A stretch of 64,000 nucleotides of DNA from Balanoglossus misakiensis (Eukaryota; Animalia; Hemichordata), in assembly GCA_040954595.2 (NCBI GenBank), contig CM082591.2, forward strand, positions 5,053,009 through 5,117,008. The letters run 5' to 3'. The notes below the pieces were generated by a model. That model searched no databases, was not told the origin of the DNA, and was given only the letters and a program-made list of their open reading frames with translations. A program made the position numbers and the translations under genes. Positions 50,111 to 60,899 of this stretch are shown in pieces (position 1 is the first letter of the stretch; the number at the start of each line of letters is the position of its first letter).

Positions 50111-51520
50111 ATGTCTGCACAAACGCACAACTTGACCACGTCTGCACAAACGCGCAACTTGAGGACGATTGTTCACACAACTTTGGCATTTTTAGGAGTA
50201 CAACAAAACCAGAGACTGACAGACGACGACAACCGAAAGATTGCAAAGTGGGGCGCTGAGAGCATCGTCGACACTACAAACGTTAACCCTCCTATCGCCG
50301 AACGCCATTTCACAGTGATCCATTATCTGTACTGGGCAGTTGACGTTCTGGCGTGGGTGAACGTTTTGGTGGGCGTTGTAGATCTGGCCTTAGAGCCCGT
50401 GCTGCTGTCGTTCAAAGTGACCTGCCTGGTGTTCACTTTTGTCGACGCCCTCGGCGGACTGCTCGTCCTCGGGAAGTGCATCGGAAGTTCCTCCGGAGCG
50501 TCACACTGCAGTCATCGCGAACTTGAGGAAAACGTCACAGAAAACCGCCAGCATGGGGTAAACGTCACAGCAAATCGCCAACATGGGGACAGCGTCACAG
50601 CAAATCGCCAACTTGTGGAGAACGTCACAGCATTTGCTATGCTTTACGTGCTGCTGCTGTGTGCGGTGCTCGGGTTCTCGTTCACCAGGTCGTACCAGGG
50701 CAGGGATACAATGTCGATAATCTCCATAATACTGTTTTGTTTAGACTGCATTTTTTACGCTGTGGACTTGGTCATATTCCTGTACATGCTGACGAAAGTT
50801 TGGCACCAAATAAAGGACGATTACCCGCTTCCCAACGACAGACAGACTGAATTTCGAATACCGTTTTGCTGTATTACATTTGAAATCATAACATTGTTTA
50901 TATACACTGTCGTTGGAAATGTCGTTTTGTTCGTATCCATGCTCGTCAACCTGGTGGCTCAAGTCGAGCACGACAATCCAATGAATGCCACCGTCTCATT
51001 ACAGAGTGTGACCATCAGCCAATCGGCGGCGTACATGCTGTTCGCCACCATCTTCCTTCCTGTCGTCAACGTCTGCTTGTTCTGCTTGCTGAACGGCACC
51101 TGGGTGTACGTCGTTCTCTTCGAGGTGGCCAAGCAGAGTCTGGAAAATATTCTCACCGGGGGAGGCCTGTCCAACGACGAGAAGACGCGCCGACAATCTG
51201 AGAAAGCCTTGATTGTCGAACGAGCCAAACAGTTCACCAGTCTGTCGGGCGCGAAACGGGTCTTCTCGCCACTCCTGGAATGGTGGTCCTGGGTCGTCTT
51301 GGCAACGTGGACGGGGCTTGTTATCGCCTACGCTACATCGATGAGGACGGACGCGGACCCGCTCAGCACCCATATTGTAGTGTGGGCTCTTTTCCTGCAC
51401 CTCTCCAACATCCAACTCTGCATGATAATGTGGTACATCTGTATCATAGCAATTTTACTCTTCGTTCTGGGTTGGTACAATTTCATTCGTTTTATCATAT
51501 GTAAACAAATGGGCGAATGA
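50111..51520 (+). CDS. Uncharacterised multi-pass membrane protein A (469 aa, ~8-9 TM), CDS in one exon
   Basis: Long ORF, gccATG start, many hydrophobic segments, collinear similarity to the 709-aa ORF; 5'UTR acceptor ttttttcttctag at ~50056 and candidate upstream donor AAG|gtacgt at 49242. Confidence 0.88.
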   Translation: MSAQTHNLTTSAQTRNLRTIVHTTLAFLGVQQNQRLTDDDNRKIAKWGAESIVDTTNVNPPIAERHFTVIHYLYWAVDVLAWVNVLVGVVDLALEPVLLSFKVTCLVFTFVDALGGLLVLGKCIGSSSGASHCSHRELEENVTENRQHGVNVTANRQHGDSVTANRQLVENVTAFAMLYVLLLCAVLGFSFTRSYQGRDTMSIISIILFCLDCIFYAVDLVIFLYMLTKVWHQIKDDYPLPNDRQTEFRIPFCCITFEIITLFIYTVVGNVVLFVSMLVNLVAQVEHDNPMNATVSLQSVTISQSAAYMLFATIFLPVVNVCLFCLLNGTWVYVVLFEVAKQSLENILTGGGLSNDEKTRRQSEKALIVERAKQFTSLSGAKRVFSPLLEWWSWVVLATWTGLVIAYATSMRTDADPLSTHIVVWALFLHLSNIQLCMIMWYICIIAILLFVLGWYNFIRFIICKQMGE

Positions 51521-52540
51521 GGGTGGGGGTCCCATCGGCGTCGCAGTGATCAGGTACCACGTGTGTCAAAAAATTCTACTGTATATTTCATATGATTGCT
51601 TACAGTAGTATGCCCCTCGGGACAGATTTTCAAAAAAAATGAGTCTTCCAAACATTTTAATTCTATACAGTCTTTTTGAAATCAAAAAAGAAAACATGGT
51701 GTTGAATTTCTTGTTTTCATAAAGTTTTGTTCAACACAGAAGTTGGGGCCATTTTGAATTTCAAATTGGAGACAATTTGACACAATTTTGCTCTCTCATT
51801 CGTGCGACATTCGTGTTTGTTGCGTTTACACTAAATTTCTGTCACGTGTGTGATTTTACATTGGAGTCTGGTGGCGGGATATTTTTTCTGCCTCAATAAC
51901 AACATCAGTCACTATAGTTGGGAGGTTTTACCCACTGACATAATCAAGCATGATGTGTCAGACGTTGATATACACATATATACACGGTGACATACACACG
52001 AAATCGCGGCATCGCCGTAAAGCGATGATATTATTCAGAGTTTAATAATCGGTGTTATTTGATGCAATAAAACTTTCCGTCCATTTTATATTTATGGAAA
52101 ATGGATAGCATCCTAGTCTTTCATTTCAGTAGAATAGAACATAGTATTACCCTTTAATTACAATATATCCAATCCCACGTTATTTTACGGCAACAAAAAA
52201 TTGGTGTATACATGATTTTTTATGGAAAGTCCCCAAATTGTTTATTTTCTGTTGATGGCGTGATCTCGCGAGACTATGTTAATTATCGTAGCAACAGGTT
52301 GGATCCACTTGCGACTAAGTAGTTACAATCAAACTTTGCATGGGACTAGAACAGGTGCCGGGTGTAACAAAAAAGTGTGTGCTGCTGAACACAGACGGCC
52401 AGGTGCAGTTTGTCTTGTGACAATGACAAGCAATATTTTGGTTCAGTGGTGAGCTGAATGATTGACATGCAAAAAAACTTGAGTGAATCACCCCCCCACA
52501 CACACACACACACACGCACCACCACCACCACGTATGAAAG

Positions 52541-54670
52541 TCAATGCTGCCGAGGAGTTGGGACGTGCTGATATTTCTTTCCACATTTCCAACAAAATAG
52601 GACGACAATCCACCCTCCAGCCGCCATAATTATGCATGACAAGAGAAGCGACACCAGGAAGCAGAGAAACACCACGAACGTCAGACAAATCTGCAAATTT
52701 ACAACAACATTTGCAACAAATAGAGTCACAACGGCCCAAAAGGGCACGCCAGGCGCTCGCCATATTGTCGCCAGGTAAGCAGACCACGTTCCCGCCCAAA
52801 CGAGCAAGCCGCACAAAACCCACTTCCGGCGGAAGACAAATTGCAACTTGACTAAATTCGGGCGCGTCTGGCTGGCGACAACCCTGCCTTTCAGTTTCTC
52901 CAAATGTTCCCGGTAAAAATCAGCGTCCTCCGTGTCGTCATCGTCATCGGGGGCGTCCTCCTCCGCCGCGTCCGCGTTGATGGCGTCGAAAATCTCCAGG
53001 ATCCAGCCGGCGTTGATGGTCACGTACATGACGACGTTGAACAGAGACAGGAACGGTTGGAAGGAGACGAGGATCCACGCGTACGTGGATACAGTGTAGC
53101 TATGTGTGCCCTGATTGTCGTGGGCGATTTGCAAAGTGAGAATTGCAAGCATCAATGTGAATATCAGAAGGTTACCGCCGATATTCAGCGTGTATGGCAA
53201 CAAAACGCGGGACGCGCTTCTGGTGGCGCCGCCCACAAATTTCGACCGCGGAAACTTCTCGTGCACCTGACGCAGCACTTTGTAAAATATGAAGAGGCGC
53301 GCAGCATACAGCGAAAACATGGTAGCCAGACTAGCCAATAACATCCCGACCTGATCAAGATCTTCGCGATTTCGCAAGAGGTAATTTTGTGCCACTACGA
53401 CTCCTATAAGCCCCATGATAATCTGAGGGTACATCGCCGTCTCTGCCGTTACATTTTGAATAGAAACCTCAGACGTCTTGTCTTCGATTCTATTGTAAAA
53501 TCGCCTCGACCACTGCCACTCTTGAAGTTTTGGCCGTATCCAAAACACAAAGGTCACTGCGGTCGTCTGGATTGTGTTCAAGCTAAAATTCACGATATTG
53601 TAAAGAGTGGCATCTTCGTTCTCGTTTGTGACGTAATTGATGACACTAAATATCAAAGAGACGATGAAACTTATGTTGACAGAAGAATTGAACGAATAAT
53701 GCATCTTGTCGGTGATGGGCGCGTCGAGTTTATTTTTAGCCGTTTGCGCGCCGGCTTTCACTGCTTGGTCGTCTTCCGAGTCCGCGGTCTTGTCACTGTT
53801 CGGGTTGATCAGTTCCAAAATATCCTCGAATAGTTCCTTGATTTCGTCTTTGAGGCTTACCTTTGTCCCACTGCTCTCGGGGCCGTCTTGTGGCGCGTCC
53901 CCGGCGCCCATCGTTCCGTAGGTCGTGGTAGCTCCTCCCGCGTCGTCCTGTCGGCCGGTCACTCTGGCGAGCAAGAGTTGCGCAATATTCCGCACGTGTT
54001 CCAAAATGTTACGTGGCGCCTCGCTCTGGGTCTCATCGGTTTCCTCCTCATCACTTCGGCCATCCTCGGCTTCATTCGTGCTGTCGGTCGCTTCACCACT
54101 CTTGCCGCGAAACGCGCTTGCCACAAATTTGACGATGCGATCGAGAATGCCTGTTGGGACGGCATCCGTGTTTGGTGAATCTGGCGTTCCCTGTTCGCCG
54201 GTTGACTGCTTCTCCAAGTCGATATCGTCTGTGCTGCCTCTTGCACTACTCGCGCCCGAAAACAAACTTCTTACGAACTCAACAAGTCGCTGCAAAGCGC
54301 TTCTGTCATTTGAATGGCTATTGCTGTCGCCGTCTTCATCCAAAACATCATACGATCCGGCGTCATCACCTCTGCTTTTCAACCCCGAGACCAATCTCCT
54401 AAAAAAGTCACGTATTCTCGCCAAGAGACCCTGATTCCCGGTACCCGCTGCATCGGCTCCCGTCCCCGCATCGGCTGGGTCGCCGCCACCGCCATCGTCC
54501 CCTCCTCCGGTGAGCAAGCGTTCGGCAAAGCCCGAGACGTTCTCAGCAAGGCCGGAGCTCGGCCCGGCGCCGTCGTTCTCCGCCCGGCCAATCGTGTCTT
54601 GTTCGGTCGATGCATCGATCACCGTAGTTGCTAACTCTCTGAGAACACCGCCATCTTTATCAGAACTCAT
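52541..54670 (-). CDS. Uncharacterised multi-pass membrane protein B (709 aa: acidic amphipathic-repeat N-terminus plus ~8-9 TM), CDS in one exon
   Basis: Long ORF; residues ~325-700 hydrophobic and paralogous to protein A (NVTA..MY, GN..(L/I)F..ML..L..Q..HDN, N(L/I)Q(I/L)C). Confidence 0.9.
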   Translation of the reverse strand: MSSDKDGGVLRELATTVIDASTEQDTIGRAENDGAGPSSGLAENVSGFAERLLTGGGDDGGGGDPADAGTGADAAGTGNQGLLARIRDFFRRLVSGLKSRGDDAGSYDVLDEDGDSNSHSNDRSALQRLVEFVRSLFSGASSARGSTDDIDLEKQSTGEQGTPDSPNTDAVPTGILDRIVKFVASAFRGKSGEATDSTNEAEDGRSDEEETDETQSEAPRNILEHVRNIAQLLLARVTGRQDDAGGATTTYGTMGAGDAPQDGPESSGTKVSLKDEIKELFEDILELINPNSDKTADSEDDQAVKAGAQTAKNKLDAPITDKMHYSFNSSVNISFIVSLIFSVINYVTNENEDATLYNIVNFSLNTIQTTAVTFVFWIRPKLQEWQWSRRFYNRIEDKTSEVSIQNVTAETAMYPQIIMGLIGVVVAQNYLLRNREDLDQVGMLLASLATMFSLYAARLFIFYKVLRQVHEKFPRSKFVGGATRSASRVLLPYTLNIGGNLLIFTLMLAILTLQIAHDNQGTHSYTVSTYAWILVSFQPFLSLFNVVMYVTINAGWILEIFDAINADAAEEDAPDDDDDTEDADFYREHLEKLKGRVVASQTRPNLVKLQFVFRRKWVLCGLLVWAGTWSAYLATIWRAPGVPFWAVVTLFVANVVVNLQICLTFVVFLCFLVSLLLSCIIMAAGGWIVVLFCWKCGKKYQHVPTPRQH

Positions 54671-56793
54671 CTCTGCGAAGTCAACTCACATTACCAGATG
54701 ATTCGCCAAGCGATCTACAAAAAAGGCCACCCGCCAACACGAGTACGAAGGCGCGCCCGTAGCGTTATGAAACGTAGAAGAGAAATTGAAAATAAAAATT
54801 TATATTGTGAACTTTGACATAGGCTGAAATAAAAATATGCATATTGAAAATTACGGGTAGTCCACATAATTAAGTAAACATGTCCGAACAATAGCCATAT
54901 GTGAAGATCATGATCAATGCTATTGTTATGCGGTGAGGGGCGTCCTTCGCGAGGTGCTTAACAATAACATGATATGAGGTTCTTACCAACCAGCAAATAA
55001 CATATTACCATGGGAAAAAAATTAGCTTGGAACAATAAATTAGCCCATGCTAATGACCCCAACACACACACACTCGATTGTTTCTGTATGATATACATTA
55101 CATGTACATGTCGTGGTAGGTTCTAACACCCCCACCCCATCAACCCACTGGCATGATTAGTGTCGCCTGCCAGCATGGTCAATTTATTTATAACAAAGAG
55201 GTTATCTCATAATAATTTTTTGAGTAAGCGGTAGAGGGCGCCCTGGACATCTGCGTTATGGTTAATGTTTACTCCGAGGTCATATAGTTGTTGTACTTTC
55301 TTGATAAGAAATTGGAATGACAATTGAGAATGAGAAACCTTTATTGTGATCGTATAAAATATTTACCACAATAACTCAAGCATGATTTTTTGTCTGAACG
55401 AGTGAACTCTAACATTCAAGTTCGTGGTACCGTTATTTACCTTAATCAGAATTTACTTTGCGTGTTAGTAGATTTTCTCATCAGTAAACAACGTTCGCGC
55501 ATTCACACGACAGTCATCAAGGTCATACCGACCACAACCGGCGACCTTCACCATGACCGCATAAACTTAAAGTAAACAACATTGACCATTTTGCGAAATC
55601 CTTGGCGTACGTAGAAAAGGCGTTTTGATTATGAGGAATTTTGTGACAGCTGTATGTTCATGACGTCTGTAGTAAACTTCGGGGTTGACGCCTCTCATTC
55701 AGTGAACGGCGTGGTAAGAACACACGAGCACCGCAAGTTAGTAGCAAACAGGTGACCCCTCCCCCTGTCATACGTCATCATACACACATGTACTGTACTG
55801 CAATATAATAATATCACGTGCGAATGTGTTGATCGGTTCACACAAGGCTGCAGAGAAAGGGTGCCCCCCGGTGTGACCCCCGGGGCATGGACACGTCGAT
55901 CCCTGTTGACATTTTGCCTGCAATCTGAATAAGCTGTTATCCAGTGTTGTGCCATGGACGTTATACATGCGATTGACCACTGGCAACTGCAAGACCCAGA
56001 CGTCTCTTCAGTCCCAGAAGAAATTACCACAGAAGAAGTACATGAACGGCAAAGGTATGTATTTATTGTTGAACTATTTAAAAAGCGCGTTCTTCGAAAT
56101 TGTTCTTTATAGGTACATTTTGTTGCAATATATTTGTAAGCCAGACCAGTAGCATAATCCACCACCACAAACAAAATATTTAGTGTCAGAGCAAAGACAT
56201 GGTTGACACAGAGTATGGACCTTTTGATTTAATTGTGCAGTGCAGATATAAATTGAAATTCTTGAGGTAGTTAGACTGAAATCATGTAACCTTTTGCGGT
56301 TGCTTGGTTACCCATGCAGTCTCGTCGTGCATTTAATCCAGAGTAAGCCAGCGGTTTCGATATGGAATTTGTTAAAATTAGTCATTCTAATTCAGCTGCA
56401 AGCTGGTTAGAGAATTCAATGCCTAATACCTCAGCACCTGAGGAAAAACACATGCCTGTGATAATAGTAAAGCCTTCTGTTTCATAGCGAGCTCGAAATG
56501 TGTAAACGTGTGGAAGCGAAGACAATCTACGCGGGTGATTTTTCGTTGTCGCCCGGCCGTTGTTGGAGGTCGAGGCCGATGAGCCTATTGTCACCCACAA
56601 AAAGACGATGCGTCTTTTTGTGTCCGTGAAAACGATAAGGACTTGCCATTCTCTCAGTAGAGTCAGTAGAGATTGCAAATTCCATTGGACTGTATAGGAA
56701 TACCATCTCGTCACCCTGACAACAGCGCTAGCGGGGGACAAGGACGAGTATGATGTTGAGCGTCTTTTGAAGGGACGACTTCAGGAGACAAAA

Positions 56794-56794
56794 A

Positions 56795-56840
<46 letters not shown>

Positions 56841-57021
56841 AGTATGTCTGTATGTCTGTCAGTATGTCTGTATGTATGTATGTATGTATGTATGTATGTA
56901 TGTATGTATGTATGTATGTATGTATGTATGTATGTATGTATGTATGTATGTATGTATGTATGTATGTATGTATGTATGTATGTATGTATGTATGTATGTA
57001 TGTATGTATGTATGTATGTAT
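56794..57021. repeat. Compound microsatellite (TCTG)n-(TATG)n
   Basis: Directly visible; source of the YVCM/HTYI spurious ORFs. Confidence 0.98.
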
Positions 57022-57522
57022 ACATCTCATTTCTTGTTCGTCTACGGTTCCCTTGTCATCTCTACATATGCCCTGATATAAACTTTTACAACACATTGTT
57101 TGCAATAAGTTATTTTAAACATTGTATTGAGACTGCTGTGGGGCTTGCCACAGCGAAAACGACAAAGTAGTCATTGTTGCTGTAGACGCGCGATAGAAAT
57201 GTAAAAAAATCCTAACAAAAGGGGTTGGATGCGACATGATTCAAAGATCTATTCATGCATGTGTGTACCTGCCTGAGGTGTTAAAAGCGCCTGTGGACGA
57301 GTCACAGTGACAGGAATGTGGTGAAAAGGGACGATGGTGGAGCATTGTAGGTCGCTCTTATACTCAACGAACATCTCAGCAGAAAATGCTTGTCCCCCAG
57401 GCTCCACTAGTCTTCTTGAAAACATGAACATAGCAAAGTTTAAGATAAAGCACATGACTCTGGCATATGCAAGGGCTTTATTGGGGAAAATTTTCTATTT
57501 TCATCCCTTGTGGATCTATTTA

Positions 57523-57665
57523 AGCAATAAAACACCCCCAGCCATGGTATACCACGAGATTTTGACCAGTTCACGACATATACGCACGAGCGATAGCGAG
57601 TGCGTATATGGAGTTGAACTGGTCAAAATCGAGTGGTATACCATGGCTGGGGGTGTTTTATTGCT
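57523..57665. repeat. ~143-bp long inverted repeat, probably part of a non-autonomous DNA element extending to ~57835
   Basis: AGCAATAAAACACCCCCAGCCATGGTATACCAC...GTGGTATACCATGGCTGGGGGTGTTTTATTGCT, near-perfect arms around GAGCGATAGCGA. Confidence 0.88.
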
Positions 57666-58450
57666 ATTATATTATGCCAGTATATTGAAACTTTGCATAA
57701 AACATTTTAAAAAGGCATTTTCTTTGACTATGATATATGACTGTGGTATATGGCTAATATATCACGGTCACATGTCGTGTCTCGACCAATCAAATAGCGT
57801 GATTTACACCATCAATATACTGGTATGATATAATATCTGTTATACTAATTTGAGCACCCAAAGCTCATGAATTGAGAACCTTTCAACCGGTGTGTTAATT
57901 GCTGTCATATGCGTGACTCTCGGTTACGCTGGTACTGCCGTTTAGCGATACTACGGTAACAAGCAGCTCGTATTGTGAAAAATTCATGGATGGTTGCAAG
58001 CACTTTGTGCTCCATCAAAGCTGCCCGTTTATGGTTTAAAGCTGATTAGCCCTGCTAAGAAGACGTAAGATCTTTACCTATTTACGTCGTTTGACTTTTG
58101 ACCGCGGAGAACCCCCCCCCCCCCCGGGCAATAGAGTGACTGAATAACAAACTGTCAAGCGTGGGAACTGGTGATTTCATCGTGAGGTAGCAATAAGAGC
58201 GCCACCCCCCGGTAGAGTAATGTACAGGTAGAGTGGTGAGTATGTGGGACTGGCCTGCGCACGATGCATTTAAATTCCCTATTTTGACCAGAGACAAGTC
58301 TGTTATACGTTAGACGAGGAGCATTTAATTTCAAGTCTAAGTTCAACTACCCTGTACCTATTTGATTCGAATCCGGAAAAAAAATCGGTTTGATTTCCAC
58401 ATGGAAGATAGTGGAGCAGCGTACAAAGCGCCCTCGAGCGTTGGGTTTAA

Positions 58451-59434
58451 AGGTATACAGTCACCTCCAATTTACATACACCCATATATGGCTGAAATGG
58501 CGTATTTTAGCGTTCTTAAGATGGGTCCCTAGGATCTTTTTGCCCGTTGCTATGGGCCTTTATAGGACATTACACCCCGATTTGGACTAAGCCGTTTTCA
58601 GAGTCTAACAAGGGGCTGGTAACTAGTTAAAAATACGCACGATTGTGAGCGCGCGCCCCCTGACGCCATTGATATGCAAATTAGTTAGGTCAAATTTCAA
58701 AAGCCTAAGGCTTTTTATTCCGTGACCTCAAAAACGAACTTGATACGTATTCATTAGTTGCTTGAACCAGGGAAGATCGTGACGGATTTTGTTTTCGAAT
58801 ATTATCGTTGTATCCTACGATTTCAGCATACCCGTACCACACCTGAAAAAGTCATCGATTTTGGGTGTTTTTGGACGCACTCTTCCACTGGTATCGCTTC
58901 TTAGCACGACGAAAACCGAAAAAACGATCCGTCACACTATGCGGAAGTGCGTTCTCAACAAGCAGGTCAAATTTGGCTGGCCTACGTCGCCTGTGAAAAA
59001 AGCCTTAGGGATTTTCGTGAACGGTACAAAATCTCTGTGTGCAAAACATTGGATTTTTAGCGTTCGATCCAGTTACTGTGGTTACAGGACGCGCACGCTA
59101 TCGCTGACCGCTGCTTTGCCGTATTAGCGTGGCGGCCTATGGCCGGGCGGTAGCTGCCGTAAACATACTCAGACAGGGGGTGTGCACACAATCGTGTGTA
59201 TTTTTAACTAGTTACAAGCCCCTTGTCGGACGTTCATAACGGTTTCGATCAAAATTGAGTGTAGTGTCCTATAAAGGCCCATAGCAACGAGCAAAAAGAT
59301 CCTAGGGACCCATCTTAAGAACATATGATGGCGCTCTTTTTTTCGCGTGTGCCACCCACTGAAAATCTGTGATTGACTAGATCTCAATTTGCCATGGTAA
59401 TTATAGCTAATTTTCCATAGGTGACCGTATACCT
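58451..59434. mobile_element. ~984-bp non-autonomous DNA transposon, Kolobok/T2-MITE-like
   Basis: TTAA TSD at 58447-58450 and 59435-59438; termini AGGTATACAGTCACCT / AGGTGACCGTATACCT; internal inverted repeat of ~150 bp (58513-58662 vs 59174-59322); no transposase ORF. Confidence 0.85.
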
Positions 59435-60899
59435 TTAATATATATATTAAAGACGCCCCTGGCCTCACTCTTAGTTAAACTCATGCTTTGGGAAATTTTA
59501 GGTTGAACGCAGGAGCAGGCGTTCGACATGGGCGCACTTCAATTAGCAACGACACCCTGGTCGACCACAGGGCAATAGTCGAGCCAGTGTTCAAAGTAAC
59601 CCGACCGTAAAACAGATAATAAACTTCACAAAAGGAATCAAACAAAATCATCGGTCAAGTAGTAAAAGTACAAAAGGAACCAATTACCGGACAAGTCGAG
59701 TCAATATTTTTTATCTCTTTTCCGTCATCCGAAGCCGATGATCACTTGAATATTCCTTGCATGGTGACAAGACATAACATGCAAGGCATTCTCTTGAAAA
59801 ATTCGACAGGTTAAGACTTAGTCCCACGGTGTACTTCTCACTCGCGTGACGTCATTCAATCCTAGAGAAGTGAGCACCAATGTTTACAATTACACATCTC
59901 CACGCGTGCCATATTGAAAATCTACGTGCTATGAGACTTAAAACAAAGCTCAATATTTAATTTATAAATTCATAATATTAAGTACAAATAATTTGGTATC
60001 CAAGGCAACTCACGCTATAGCTTCTCCGCGACCTCATTAAACCCGACACCTGTCCAATTTGAGTGCGTGACGTCATACCACCGAATTCACCTGTAAATAT
60101 AGACATGTAAATAATAGGTTATCTATGGTATCATCTTCGAGAGATTAAAGAGCCTGTCAGCTCCCAATGGGGGACGATGTCACCGATATCGCGACGATTT
60201 TTAGACATTAACCTCTGAGTTGTAGCTTGATTATAGGTCATGGCTATATATACTGCGTGTCTGCTGAGCGGGAACATAGCCAAAATTAACTAATTGTTAA
60301 AGTGTTTTTTATCTTTTTCAATTACGAATACATCATGTTTGTGTGGAATGGTTTGCCTTGTTTTCCTGCTAACCTGACCTTTACAATAAAAAAATGTCAA
60401 AAACTGCCGATTTGTTTGTCCCCGCCGATGAAGGGACCAATATTTCTATGCTCATACGGCTTTGTACTAACTTATAAGCTTTACTGAATTCTTAGCACGT
60501 CTGAATCGTCGGGAAAATTTAATTTGGCCCGCTGAGTATCCTGTGACCACACTGTTTTCAAATTTGACAATCACGTCTATCGTAGACATATAGTTTGGTT
60601 GCTTAGAGACAACACAGGCTTGTGTATAGGGTGTGTAGTTGGGTCGTTAGGGACGAGAACTTATCAAACACGCGCATGTAAACGGAATTTCTTCGTCGCG
60701 TGGGAGGGGGGCCCTATTTAGCTGCATTTTACGGCATTTAGTTTCGTTTGTCCGATATGCGTGTTATGAATTTCGTTCGCCACAATACGTATAACAGTTT
60801 CACGGTGTACGAGGATGCGAGACTCTATCGTCAGAGATAATCAAATGAATTGAGATAAAAGCCAACATCATCATTAACACAAGATGACACGCTCATCTC

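Noticed and set aside
52636-54701. Antisense ORFs over membrane protein B (and over A at 50659-51504)
   Set aside because: Shadows of the real CDS.
56596-56622. 12-bp hairpin CACAAAAAGACG-ATG-CGTCTTTTTGTG as a terminator
   Set aside because: Rho-independent terminators do not apply in this context; isolated with no supporting structure.
56711-57170. YVCM/HTYI repeat ORFs
   Set aside because: Translations of the (TATG)n microsatellite.
57334-57828. 164-aa ORF
   Set aside because: Spans the palindromic repeat, has a GTG/weak context and no domain.
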